From Mobula hypostoma (lineage: Eukaryota), in NCBI RefSeq assembly GCF_963921235.1, contig NC_086106.1:20212001-20276000 (forward strand): a DNA stretch of 64,000 bases. Direction: 5' to 3'. A model generated the notes under the pieces. It worked only from the letters and a program-made list of their open reading frames with translations. It was not told the DNA's origin and did no database searches. A program made the position numbers and the translations under genes. Shown piece by piece: positions 24,799 to 36,338 of this stretch (position 1 is its first letter; the number at the start of each line of letters is the position of its first letter).

Positions 24799-25848
24799 CA
24801 CATCACTATACAACAATACATAAACCCTTTACCTGTCCCTATATTCAATCTACGTCATCGAGTCTCAGATGAATATAGCAGGAAAGCAGGACATTCAGTC
24901 CAACGATAATAATTATTTAAGTTAAAATATGCACCTTTCACCCGAACCAATGAATTAATGTCGATTCAGCTCATTCACACACTCATGGTACATGTGCATG
25001 TTGTGATAAAATATAGCTGAAATCTCATAGCATCCATTATCCATACCATAGTATGTTGAACAGAGCATAGAACATTCACATCCTTATTGACATACTGATA
25101 AATACCATACAGAAATAGAGAATGGTAGAAACACACAGCGGGTCAGGTAGCACTTGTGGAGCTCGCAACAGTAAACATTTTAGGAGGAAGAACCTACGAC
25201 AGGCGTAGGAATGAGAGGATAGATCGGTTTTGAATTTCTGGTAAGGTAGGAAAGGTACAGATCAGACAGTGGGAAAATGTTGCTATTCAAGATTCAAGAT
25301 TTCAAGATTCAAAAAAACTTCATTGTCATTCTAACCGTACATCAGCTCTGCAGGGCAGAATGAGAGCTTTTTTTTTCGTTCCACTTCTGAAGGTTTCCAA
25401 TATTTCTTGATGTTGTGTCCCATCTCAATCTGTTATAAATATTCTCGGTGACCCCACCATCCCTCCCCACCCTCTCTGAAACTTTGAATTGATTTATTTC
25501 TTTTTATCTTCCCTACACTGACCCCAATAACCTCAAGACAGTGAATTCTCAAGGTCATATTCCAAGTAGCAGTATGCACCTCCTGTGAATCATACTCCAG
25601 GTAAAGAACTTCCGTTTGAATTCTGTGTTAGATTAACACACTATTGAATTAATCTGCGACCTATTGTACAACGCTTTAGCTGCTTTTATTTCTACTTTAT
25701 TTAACCTGAGCAAAAGCACCCACTATAAGACCTCCGAATTTGTTTTAATTTGTACAAATTGTCCTAATGCCAGCAAACCGACTTCCATCAGCAAAACTGC
25801 ATTTGACACTCTAGAATGCAGAGGCACTGCACAATTATACGGACTTAA

Positions 25849-25903
25849 AGTGTCTCATCTTCACTAGTTCAAGACTCAAATGTCAGTACATTTAGGTTAT
25901 TCA
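25849..25903 (-). pseudogene. TRAJ: TRAJ pseudogene (slot A; stop codon)
   Basis: NNLNVLTFES*; heptamer cagagca 25904-25910; donor TTAAGT; paralog of 22631. Confidence 0.75.
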
Positions 25904-26192
25904 CAGAGCACCATGGGTCACTATAGAAAATTTTACCTGGGCGCAAATCAAGCTAGGTTATAGTCTTCGATTTCTACAGCATGAAATAAACGTTCGGTCC
26001 AGTATGTTCATGCTTATAAAGATCGCTTAAAATTGGAGCATTCTATCCGATATGTCGAATCTGTATTAGTGGTCCCTACTTAAGTTATAAAATATATAGA
26101 GGAACCCACTCAGCCTCCATTGCCCACATCACATTATATTGACCAAAATATAGCATCTGCTTGGAAAGTGAATTAGAATATTGCCATCGTAT

Positions 26193-26254
26193 TGTGATTC
26201 ACAATACGTCTGGTGCCGATTTCAAGCACGTTTTGTCCAGTCCTCTAGAAACCG
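26193..26254 (-). pseudogene. TRAJ: TRAJ pseudogene (slot B; frameshift, donor AT)
   Basis: VSRGLDK then frameshift, with GTRRIVNH in another frame; heptamer cacagta 26255-26261 / 13 / acaagaact; donor ATACGA. Confidence 0.75.
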
Positions 26255-26546
26255 CACAGTAAATGACCCACCTGACAAGAACTTCGTTTAGTGACTGCTT
26301 CCTGGGCACCATTGACATAGATTATTTTATTTCAAAGAAACATTCATCAATTATTTGGTAATTTTGCTCGATACGTTGGGACAATAACTTACTTTTATAT
26401 TCGAAGCATCATTCATTCAAAGTATAATAATTATTACTAGGACCCATAATTAATTAAATATTTCCTCAAAATATAACCACGAAGCTCTTGCACTCACAGA
26501 TGAGAACCATCAAAATAGACCACATATGAGGGATGTCTGCACTTAC

Positions 26547-26606
26547 TGGGTTCTACAGTCACCTTGGTTCCACTTCCAAAGATCAGTTTGTTGCCATCAT
26601 AATTCA
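26547..26606 (-). CDS. TRAJ: TCR alpha J segment, canonical (slot C)
   Basis: NYDGNKLIFGSGTKVTVEP; RSS cacggtg 26607-26613 / 12 / acaaaatac; donor GTAAGT. Confidence 0.94.
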
Positions 26607-26944
26607 CACGGTGCTGAACCCTCTTACAAAATACCCCATGCTAATCAAACATTGGCTAACTGAACGAAGCAACATGACAGTTAGCAACTCATTTCTTGCA
26701 CATTCATATTACCTATCTATGCAACTAAATGTCTGTCTGTGCTCATCTCTCTTTCTCTCTAGAGTCCACCATGTCTCTACTTCTCCATCTTTTACTCTGT
26801 ATCTATCTATCTGCATATCATCCGTATGTGGCTTTAAGTAACATGTGTGATGGCCAGCTTATTATCAGTGAAGATACAGTAACAAATCTGAACATGCGAG
26901 ATTTTTTTTTGATTGAAGGACAGAATGGTTTTCTCACCACTTAC

Positions 26945-27007
26945 TTGGTTCAACAATTACCCGAGTCCCGGTTCCAAACGTTAGCTCAGTGTTGACTCCA
27001 TAACCCA
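26945..27007 (-). CDS. TRAJ: TCR alpha J segment, canonical (slot D)
   Basis: GYGVNTELTFGTGTRVIVEP; RSS cacagtg 27008-27014 / 12 / acaaataca; donor GTAAGT. Confidence 0.94.
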
Positions 27008-28295
27008 CACAGTGCCTGGTTCCCTTACAAATACACCCATTGGGTTTCATTAAAACAGTCGTCCTCTAAACATTACAAGGCTTCTTAAGGCTAAGAATGC
27101 TTCTTCAATCCACTCTATTTTTTTTCTGAATGGGTTGAAATCTTTATGAAACCTCTCTAATTTCCTTGACTCCAGCCCTATATCTGCACTATACAACATC
27201 GAATTTCTGTCCAACGTAATTCCCACAAAATAATTTAGCAAGAAAAAAAATGGTAATGTGCATAATCCAAAGGAAATCAGTGCACTGGTATCAATGAAAT
27301 TTTATTCCTTCTCAGAGATTCTCTGGATATGTGATTCTCAGTAGAAAAAGTTCAGAGTTTATAAAGATTTCCCTCATTTCCCTATCGTTTGCCCTTACTC
27401 GCTTGGTCCTATTAAATTCCATTTTAATTTTCCCTAGAATCATTACACCTTCATTGAACAATTAACCAATTCCATTCAATTCAGAGAATGGTGGTAACAC
27501 TCAGCAAGGGGATACACTATCTGAGAGCAGAGAGAGGAACATGGTGAACAGCGGAGTCCATTCGTCAGAATCAGGAAAGGCAAATGACACTACGGTTTTG
27601 AGCTTCAGAGAGGCTGGGGTTGTGAAGGGGGGGTGGTGTGGGTGGGGAGGGTGGCGGGTGTTGGGTGGAATAACTGGTCAGCAGGAAGGTGAATGCCATC
27701 CACCTGACATCTGAGTATTTCCAACATTTCCTGCATTAATCTCCAACGTCACACAGTCAGAAATATTCCCAGTGTCCCTGCTTTGTTTGATGCACGGTAG
27801 CCAATTTATTACCAGTAAAGATGTAGCAACAATTCTGAAAATGCGAGATTGTTGTTTGTTTCCTTTCCGTTTTTGGCTGTAAGATGCTTCCTTCCCAGTC
27901 TGTCCACAAAGTGAACTTGTTTTTCTAACTTTCCTCTTCCCTGCACTGATCCCATGAATCTCAGTTCCAGAAATGCTCAAGAAGCACATTCAAAGTGACA
28001 ATCTACACCTCCTATAAATCACTCTCCAGGTAAGGAGGCTTCTTCTGTATTTCTATTGGATTAACAAGCTGTTGAGTTATCTGCTACCTTATTTTAATAG
28101 TGGCATATTTTGAACAGCTTTTTAAATAACTCCTGTTTCCCACCTTAGAAACCTTGCACAGAATGGACTCAGCATGATACACCCACACTAGCAATCACTA
28201 ATAATCTCTATAATTTGTCTTTAATGACGATGAAAAATGCACATAAAAGCAAGCTCTGCAGAAATTAGACAAATGACATAACAAGTTGGATTTCC

Positions 28296-28351
28296 TGGGC
28301 GTTACTTCAGTTTGGCCACAGATCCAAATGTTATCACATTGAAAGTATTCA
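28296..28351 (-). pseudogene. TRAJ: TRAJ pseudogene (slot A; stop, dead RSS and donor)
   Basis: NTFNVITFGSVAKLK*; heptamer tacagca 28352-28358; donor GGAAAT. Confidence 0.8.
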
Positions 28352-28656
28352 TACAGCACTGCCAATATACAAATACTACCCAGACCCCAAATTCAACTCG
28401 TTATGGAGTCTTAGATTCCTAGAACACGAAGCAGTTTCTTTGGCCCACCATGTCCGTGTCAATTTAAATTAGAATATCTAGATCTCATTTTATATGATAT
28501 ATCATATCTGTGTAGATTCAGTTCTTTTCCCCTATTAGTAGTGATGTATGATGCAGCATATAGCTGAAATCTCTTGGCGCCCATTGCCTACTTCATGTTA
28601 GGATGACTAGAATATCGAATTTGTTTGAAAACTAATTTTCAACATTAACATCTTAC

Positions 28657-28710
28657 CGGGATTAACAATAATTTAGGTGCTGCTTGCAAACAGCAATTTA
28701 TTGAGCACTG
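28657..28710 (-). pseudogene. TRAJ: TRAJ pseudogene (slot B; stop, RSS deleted)
   Basis: LNKLLFASST*IIVNP; donor GTAAGA intact; no RSS found. Confidence 0.7.
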
Positions 28711-28981
28711 AATTTAGTGGCCGTTACCAGTGCACTATTACCATTGCCAATTACATTTCTAAATACTAAAATCACTTCATCGCAGATACGGATTTGATTA
28801 GGTTGGAGAAAATAAAGCTTATTTTGAACCATCATTCCTGCAAAATACAATGCTTGCTGTGACCTAGATTTCAGAAAATTCTCCCTGTAAGTATAAAGAC
28901 GGGTTTCCAACCATTAACCAACACTGGCACCAACAGATGGAAACTGAAGTGGGAAATTGCAGTAGGAATGTCAACACTTAC

Positions 28982-29041
28982 TTGGTTCTACCGTCACTAT
29001 GGTTCCACTTCCAAATATTAGCTCGTTGCCTGCATAACTCA
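28982..29041 (-). pseudogene. TRAJ: TRAJ with intact coding frame and donor but no heptamer (slot C)
   Basis: SYAGNELIFGSGTIVTVEP; donor GTAAGT; heptamer position reads caaaata; nonamer acaaaatac at 29065-29073. Confidence 0.85.
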
Positions 29042-29415
29042 CAAAATAACCCTCTAACCCTCTTACAAAATACAGCCTTCCAATGCAATATTAGTTAATC
29101 GTTGAAGCAATAATGCAGATAGGCACTCATTTTAGCGTATTTATTTTCTATATCTATTAGTCAATCGGTACGTCCCCCTGTGCATCTATCTGAATCTCAC
29201 TGTTGCTTTATAGCTCCCTCTTACTTTACATATCCATCTTTTTTTTTTCTGTCTACCTATCTGGATATTTTCTGCCCCCTCCTGTAGCTTTGTTTTACCT
29301 AGTAACAGGGAAACTTATTAGTGAAATTTATCATTATTTATGATCAGGGAAAATGAGGCAATAACTCTGAGTACTCGACTATTTTTTGTTGCTGATTGGC
29401 CTTCTCAGTACTTAC

Positions 29416-29478
29416 TTGGTTGAACAATTACTCGCGTGCCGGTTCCAAATATTAACCCAGTGTTCCCTGCATAATCCA
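29416..29478 (-). CDS. TRAJ: TCR alpha J segment, canonical (slot D)
   Basis: DYAGNTGLIFGTGTRVIVQP; RSS cacagtg 29479-29485 / 12 / acaaataca; donor GTAAGT. Confidence 0.94.
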
Positions 29479-30834
29479 CACAGTGCTTGACCATCTTACA
29501 AATACACACACCGCTTTTAACATTGTTAACATCGTCTTACTCCACACATGCAATGTAGCGAGCGCAAACCCAACACAATTTAACATTTTTTCAAGATACT
29601 TTCATTTAAAAAAAAAGTTTTAACCATCTATTCAGCTCAATATCGGCCTTATGCAGACAATAGGTTCGTATGCAATTTAGCTTCCATAAGTGAAGGTAGC
29701 AGAATAAACAAAATAGGATTTATCTGTTTGATCCAAAGAGAATCATTGCGTATATTTTTGTGTGATTTTATTGCTCTTTAGAGTTAAATCTGTATCTTTG
29801 ACTCTCAGAAAAAAAAAATCTGTATGGCTGAAAATTATTTCCGTAATTTTTCTATTGTTCGCCCTTGTTTGCTCAGTCATTTCTCTCTCTCTCTGCCCTG
29901 CCTCCCTAGGGTGCTCTGTCTTTTTCTCACATTCCTAAACTATGCGAGATGATAGGTTAGTAGCCCGCTGTGAACTGCTCTAAGTGAGGTGCGAGAAAGA
30001 ATTGTCGAGGTTATGGTGAGAAAAGGTATTAAAGAAAATTTGATGAGGGATTGATTACTATATGAACAGACCGAGACACTTTGGCGTGACTGGCCAACTT
30101 CTATGTCTAATGCTAATATATAATTTTTGCACTCTCCTAGCAATCTTCCCAAAGTTATGGACGTAGTGTTATCCATTGAAAATCAGATAATACAGGAAGA
30201 TTTCAATAGATCAGAGAGCGTCTGGGAGAGAGAAGCAGTGAATGCTTCAGATCAAAAGCCTTTGATTAAAACTGGGAACGAGAGAAGAGAGGTTGGTTCT
30301 GGGCATGGCAGAGATTCGGGGAGAATGGATTGGATTGCCATCTGCCTAATCTCTGAGGTTTCCAGTATTTTCTGAATTTGCCTCCCATCTCACTCCATCA
30401 GAAATGTTCCCAGTGACCCTAACGTCCCTCCCTACCTCCTCTGCAACTTTGAATTGATTTATTTATTTTTGTATTCCCTACACTGACCCCACTACCCTCA
30501 AGACAGGAAATGCCCAAGAATCTTATTCAATTTAACAGTATGCATCTCCTGTAAATTATACTTCAGACAAGGAAGCTTCTTTCGTATTCTCTGTTGGATT
30601 AGCACACTGTTGAATTAATTGGCTACTCATTACTGTAGTCTAATGGCTAGGGATTTTGTACACCTCTTAAGTTGTTTTTATTTCTATTTTATTAAACTTG
30701 TGCACAAGCACCTACTATAATACTTTCCACTACCCAATCTCTTTTAATCTCTAACGTTTGCTTCTAATGCCAGCAACTCGACCTCCATCAACAAAACTGC
30801 ATAAGGTACCTAGGCTGTAGTGACACAACCTAAT

Positions 30835-30895
30835 AAACTTTCTTCACTAGCTTCAGATTAATTTGTCAGCACTTTGAAATTATACTGAACTCAAA
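30835..30895 (-). pseudogene. TRAJ: Heavily decayed TRAJ (slot A)
   Basis: tcttcactagcttcagattaatttgtcagcac aligns with the 25849 pseudogene; caaagcaccatagaccagtatagaaaa is the matching RSS relic. Confidence 0.5.
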
Positions 30896-31210
30896 GCACC
30901 ATAGACCAGTATAGAAAAACCTTAGGTGGTCCCAAACTCAACCCACGTTATAGGTTCTTCGATTTCCCCGGCATGAGATAGGCTTACGGTCCAGCACTTT
31001 CAGGCTTATTAAGTTAACTTTAAATTAACATCGATAATTCCATCCGATAAGTTGGATCTGTGTAGATTTTAGTTGTATATAAGTGTTAGCGGAGCATACG
31101 TAAGTTATTAAAATACAAATGAACTCTCTCAGCGCCCACTGCTTACATCCTATTATATTGACCAGAATATAGCACTTGCTTGAAACTGAATTATAATATC
31201 GCCACCTTAC

Positions 31211-31273
31211 TAGTATTCACAATACGTCTGGTGCCGAGTTCGAAAACATTTTAGTCCAGTCCTCCAGAAACCG
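31211..31273 (-). pseudogene. TRAJ: TRAJ pseudogene (slot B; stop, FELG motif)
   Basis: VSGGLD*NVFELGTRRIVNT; heptamer cacgata 31274-31280 / 13 / acaaaactc; donor GTAAGG. Confidence 0.8.
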
Positions 31274-31582
31274 CACGATAAACGACCTGCCTGACAAAAC
31301 TCCGTTTCGTGACTGCTTCCTGTCAACTATTGCCATTGATTATTTTATTTCAAAGAAACATTCATCACTTACTTAGGAATTTTTTCTTGATACATTGGCA
31401 GAATAGTTTACTTTCAGATTCCAGGCATCATTCATTCAAAGTACAATAATTGTTACTAGAACCCACAATTAATTAAATGTCTCCTCAAAATATAACCACG
31501 AATGGTCAATTATTGACAAGCTTTTTCATTCACAGATGGAAACCATCAATATAGACCGCATATTAGGGATGTCTGCACTTAC

Positions 31583-31639
31583 TGGGTTCTACAGTCACCT
31601 TGGTTCCACCTCCAAATATTAGCTTGTCTCCATAGTTCA
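31583..31639 (-). CDS. TRAJ: TCR alpha J segment, canonical (slot C)
   Basis: NYGDKLIFGGGTKVTVEP; RSS cacagtg 31640-31646 / 12 / acaaaaaac; donor GTAAGT. Confidence 0.94.
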
Positions 31640-31990
31640 CACAGTGCTGAACCCTCTTACAAAAAACCCCAGGACAATTTAAAACTAGCTAACTGAATGA
31701 AGCAACATGGCAGTTAGCAACTCATTTCTTGCACATTCATATTACATATCTCTGTAGCTACATGTCTGTGTTAATTTCTCTTTCTCTCTATCTCTCTGTC
31801 TAGGGCCTACCCTCTCTCTACTTCTCAATCTTTTACTCTGTTTATACATCTGTATATCCATCCGTATGCCTGTGGTTTAAATTAACCTGCGTGATGTCCA
31901 GTTTATTATCTGTGAAGATGCAGCAACAATTCTGAAAATGCGAAATATTTTATTTTGAGTGAAAGACAGAATGGCTTCCTCACCACTTAC

Positions 31991-32053
31991 TTGGTTCAAC
32001 AATTACCCGAGTCCCGGTTCCAAATATTAACCCAGTGTTGACTTCATTGCCCA
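31991..32053 (-). CDS. TRAJ: TCR alpha J segment, canonical (slot D)
   Basis: GNEVNTGLIFGTGTRVIVEP; RSS cacagtg 32054-32060 / 12 / ccaaataca; donor GTAAGT. Confidence 0.94.
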
Positions 32054-32890
32054 CACAGTGCCTGGGTCCCTTCCAAATACACCCTTTGGTCTTTGTTAGA
32101 GTCTTCCTCTGAACATTGCAAGGCTTTTGATAGCTACGAATTCTTCTTCAATCTAATCTATTTTTTTTTCTGAATAGGTTGAAATCTTTCTGAGACCTAT
32201 ATAATTCACTTGACTCCTGCCCAATACCTGCAGGACACAACATCGAAATCCTGGCCAACTTAGTTCCCGCAAAATAATAAATCACGACAAAAAATAATGC
32301 TTATATGTATGATTCAAAGGAAATCAGTGCACAGGTATCTATGTAATTCTATTACTCATCGGAGTGCTTTCTGCATATATGATTCTCCGTAGAAAAAGTT
32401 CAGTGTTGAAAAAGATTTCAGTAATTTCCTTATCGTTCACCCTTACTTGCTTGCTCCTAATAAATCTCATTTTCATTTTCCTTAGAATCAACACATCCTT
32501 ATTGAAAAACTAACCAATTCCATTCAAAGCAGACAATAATGGCAACACTCAGCAGGTGATACAGTATCTGAGAGAAAAGGGAGGAGCATAGTGAATAGTG
32601 AAGAGCATTCGCCAAAATTCAACCTATATTGTGTACTCTTAGATTCCAAGAACTTGAAACAGTCACTTCGGCCCGCCATGTTCATTTGTATTTAAATTAA
32701 AATATATAGATTTAATTTTATCTGACGAATCATATCCTTGTAGATTCAGTTCTTTTCACGTATAGGTAGTCCCAATGTATGTTATTGCAAGATATAGCTG
32801 CAATCTATTGGCTTCCATTACTCATTGTATGTTAGGATGGCCAGTATATCGAATTTGTTTGAAAACTCATATTCCATATTAACATCTTAT

Positions 32891-32953
32891 CAGGATTAAT
32901 AATAAATTTGGTGCCGCTTCGAAACACCAACTTATTGATCCCTGAAGATCATA
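32891..32953 (-). pseudogene. TRAJ: TRAJ pseudogene (slot B; FRSG motif, donor AT, RSS lost)
   Basis: *SSGINKLVFRSGTKFIINP; heptamer position ttaagca, but spacer aatgatcccctg matches that of 17954; donor ATAAGA. Confidence 0.78.
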
Positions 32954-33267
32954 TTAAGCAAATGATCCCCTGAGCTTGGATTAAAGGCTGTCCCAGTGTC
33001 CCCAGTGCACTATTGACAATGCTAATTTTAACCCAAATATAAAATCAACCTTTCACCTATTCGTCAAGTGACCGTCATTAATCTGGAGAAAAAAGCTTAC
33101 TTTCAGATTTGAAACATTATTCCTGCAAAATACAATGTCTGCGGAGAGTCAGATTTCAGAAAATTCTCCCTGCAAATATAAACACGAGTTTACAACCGTC
33201 AACACACACTTCCTGCACTAACAGATGGAAACCGAAATAGAAGTTGCATTAGGAATGTAACACTTAT

Positions 33268-33327
33268 TTGGTTCTACCTTCTCTCTGATTCCACTTCCAA
33301 ATATCAGCTTGCTGCCTGCATACTTCT
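33268..33327 (-). pseudogene. TRAJ: TRAJ with consensus heptamer and FGSG but dead splice donor (slot C)
   Basis: KYAGSKLIFGSGIREKVEP; RSS cacagtg 33328-33334 / 12 / acaaattag; donor ATAAGT. Confidence 0.85.
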
Positions 33328-33677
33328 CACAGTGCTCAAACCTGTGACAAATTAGAACCTTCGAATGCAATATTAGGTGATTGCTTGAAGTAATAATGCA
33401 AATAGGTACTTATTTTAACGTGCTTATGAATTGGCCAATTAGTATGTCCGCCTCTGTATCTATCTGAATCTCACCGTGTCCCTGCAGCTCACGCCCATCT
33501 ACATATTTATCTATTTTCTTCTTTCTGTCTATCTGTCCGTATACCTGCCCACCTGTCGGTAGCTTTGTTTCAGTTGTGTGATTGACAATTTATTATGTTC
33601 GAAAATGTAGTGAAAATTCTGAGTAAGCGAGTTTTTTTTTTGTTGTTGTCAGATGTAGAGGCCCTATCAGTACTTAC

Positions 33678-33740
33678 TTGGTTGAACAATTACTCGAGTG
33701 CCGGTTCCAAATATTATTTCCCTGTTGCCTCCATAACCCA
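33678..33740 (-). CDS. TRAJ: TCR alpha J segment, canonical (slot D)
   Basis: GYGGNREIIFGTGTRVIVQP; RSS cacagcg 33741-33747 / 12 / acaaataca; donor GTAAGT. Confidence 0.93.
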
Positions 33741-35104
33741 CACAGCGCTTGACCCCCTTACAAATACACACACCGCTTTTAACATTGTTGACAATGCCTT
33801 ACTCAGCATAATTCAATTAGTGAGCGCAAAGCCATCTCCATTTAATATTTTTCTTCAAGATATTTTAATTTTATTAAATAGTTTCATGTCTTTTACTACC
33901 TGTCCTGCTCAATATCGGCCTCATCCAGACAATAAGTTCGTTTGCAACTTAGCTTCTATAAGCGTACATAACATAATCATAAAGTAAGATTTATCCGTAT
34001 TACCTCAAGAGAATCATACACATAATTTCTTATGATCCTTTTCTCCTTAGAGTTACCTCTGTATCATTAATTCTCAAAAAACATCTTATTGCTGAAAGTC
34101 ACTTCCGCAATTTCTGTCTCGTTCGCCCTCATTTGCTCAGACATTTCTATCTCTGTCCTGTCTCCCGAGGGTGCTCCTTTTTTCTAAATCCCAAAAATAC
34201 GCGGGTCTGTAGGTTCATAGTCTGCTTTGAACTGCTGCAGGTGAGGTGGAAGGAAGAATTGTCGAGGTTGTGGTGGGAAAAGGTATTACAAAAAATTAGA
34301 AGGTGAATTGATTACAATATGAGCAGGCAGAGACACAATGGCCCGAGTGGCCTTCTTCTATGTCGTATGATAACATATCACCATTGCACTCTTCCAGCAA
34401 CCTTCCCAAAGTTATTGACCTCTCAATCAATTCTATGGAAAATCACATAATCGTGGAAGAATTCAGCAGGTCGGGCAGCGTCAGTAGAGAGAGAAGCAAT
34501 GAGAGCTTCAGGTCAAAGATCTTCGATTATAACTGGGGAAGAGAGAAAAGAGCTTCGTTCTGAACTTGAGGGAAGGTTTTGGGCGAGTGCTTTAGAGATG
34601 GGAAGATGTTGCCATCTACCTAATTTCTGAGTGTTTCCAGCATTTGCTGCTTTTGTCGCCAATCTTATTTTCTCAGAGGTATTCCCAGTGGCCGCTCCAT
34701 CTCTTCCACAACAACTTCAACTTGATTTGTCTCTTTCTTCCTGCACCAATTATCCTGAGGTCAATAAATGTCCAAGAATCATATTCAAGTTGCAGTATAC
34801 ACTTCCTGTAAACTGTTCTCTGAGTGAGAAGGCGACATCTTCAATCGCTATTCGATTAATAAAATATTCACTAATTTGGCTACTTTCTACCTCATTTTAA
34901 TAGTTACCAGTTTTGAATGCCCCTTGAAGTGTAGTTATTGGTTTCCTCATGTTAAACCATTGGTAGAAATCACTTAATAGGTTATACTCTCATTCACTCC
35001 TAATCTCTACAATTTTATTTAAAAAAATGTAAACCCACATCTAACACCAGAACTACATTCCGACACACATAATGTAGGGACGTTACATGACGAATTGGAC
35101 TTAC

Positions 35105-35161
35105 TGGGTTTCACCTTTAAATTGGTTCCAGATCCAAATGTTATCTGATTGATGTTATTCA
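35105..35161 (-). CDS. TRAJ: TCR alpha J segment, canonical (slot A)
   Basis: NNINQITFGSGTNLKVKP; RSS cacagca 35162-35168 / 12 / gcagaaact; donor GTAAGT. Confidence 0.92.
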
Positions 35162-35457
35162 CACAGCACTACACACCAGGGCAGAAACTCCTTCCCTGGT
35201 CTCATATTCAACTTTTGCTACAGAGTCTTATATTCATACAGCACAATGGAAGTTTGGTCACCATGCCCATGTCCAGTTGTTAAAACATATAAATTTCATT
35301 CCATGTAACGAATCGGTGTAGATTTAGTTGTTTTCACATATTGTGTACTTTTCTGTTACTACAGAAAACAGGGTAACCGTTTGTTATTCCTTTCCAAATG
35401 TAATGTAAACCAGGATATAGAATTTGCTTGAAAACTAATTTTCAATATTGGTTAACA

Positions 35458-35520
35458 CAAGCATTAAGAATATGTCAGTGCCGCCTCCAAATACTAATTT
35501 GATAAGCCCTCCAGAATACA
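35458..35520 (-). pseudogene. TRAJ: TRAJ pseudogene (slot B; FGGG kept, FR4 and donor degenerate)
   Basis: YSGGLIKLVFGGGTDIFLML; RSS cacagaa 35521-35527 / 12 / acaagtagt; no in-phase GT donor. Confidence 0.78.
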
Positions 35521-35756
35521 CACAGAAATAAATACCCTCACAAGTAGTATTCCTCCATATCTTGATCAGTTCGGAAAATAGCTTTTTCTTTCTGCATATC
35601 TGGAGCCTTATTTATCAAAGTACAATGCTTACTGAGATCCACAAATAATCATGCACCATCCCAAAAATATAAGCAAGGGTTTCTAATCTTTGACATACTC
35701 CTGCACTAACTATTGGAAAACACTGAAGGAAGCAAACATGAGGTGTGCCAACTTAC

Positions 35757-35798
35757 CGGTTCAAATTCCAAATATTAAATTGCTGCCCCCATAATTTA
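35757..35798 (-). pseudogene. TRAJ: TRAJ pseudogene (slot C; about 18-nt internal deletion, stop)
   Basis: NYGGSNLIFGI*; donor GTAAGT at 35751-35756 intact; heptamer lost. Confidence 0.72.
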
Positions 35799-36275
35799 CT
35801 CCTTGCCCGACTCCTATGTATACTTCTTCCTTATCATTTTGCGATTTGCTCTAGTTCTATACGGTTATGGGAAACAGTGACATATTTTGATTCGAGTGGT
35901 TGCTTATCCATCTCCTCCCTCCCCCCTCTCTATCAAGCTCTCTTTATATCCTTCTAGAAATGTTGTCCGTATATTTGTCTGACTATCTAGTTTTCTCCTT
36001 TTCCATCCCTTCCTTCTGTCCATCTATCCTGTTATGTATTTGCCTGTCTATATGTGTCTGTTTGCATAACTAATTGCTGGAACATGGTGTTCGACTGAGT
36101 TTTGTTTGGTTGCTCTTGGTGAAATCGCCGTTGGAACATAATTTATACGCATTTTGCTTAGGAAGATACAAACTACTGCATATCCCTTGGATTTTTAAGT
36201 GGTCCAATCTATTAATTAAAGTTAAAATGTACCTTTTTACTGAGTTATGAGAACTAATACAAAAATCGCACTTAC

Positions 36276-36338
36276 TGGGTTCTACAATTAGTCTAGTTCC
36301 TCCTCCAAATATCAGCTTGTTATTGCCTCCAAGATTCT
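36276..36338 (-). CDS. TRAJ: TCR alpha J segment, canonical (probably a divergent slot D)
   Basis: NLGGNNKLIFGGGTRLIVEP; RSS cacagtg 36339-36345 / 12 / tcaaaaata; donor GTAAGT. Confidence 0.93.
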
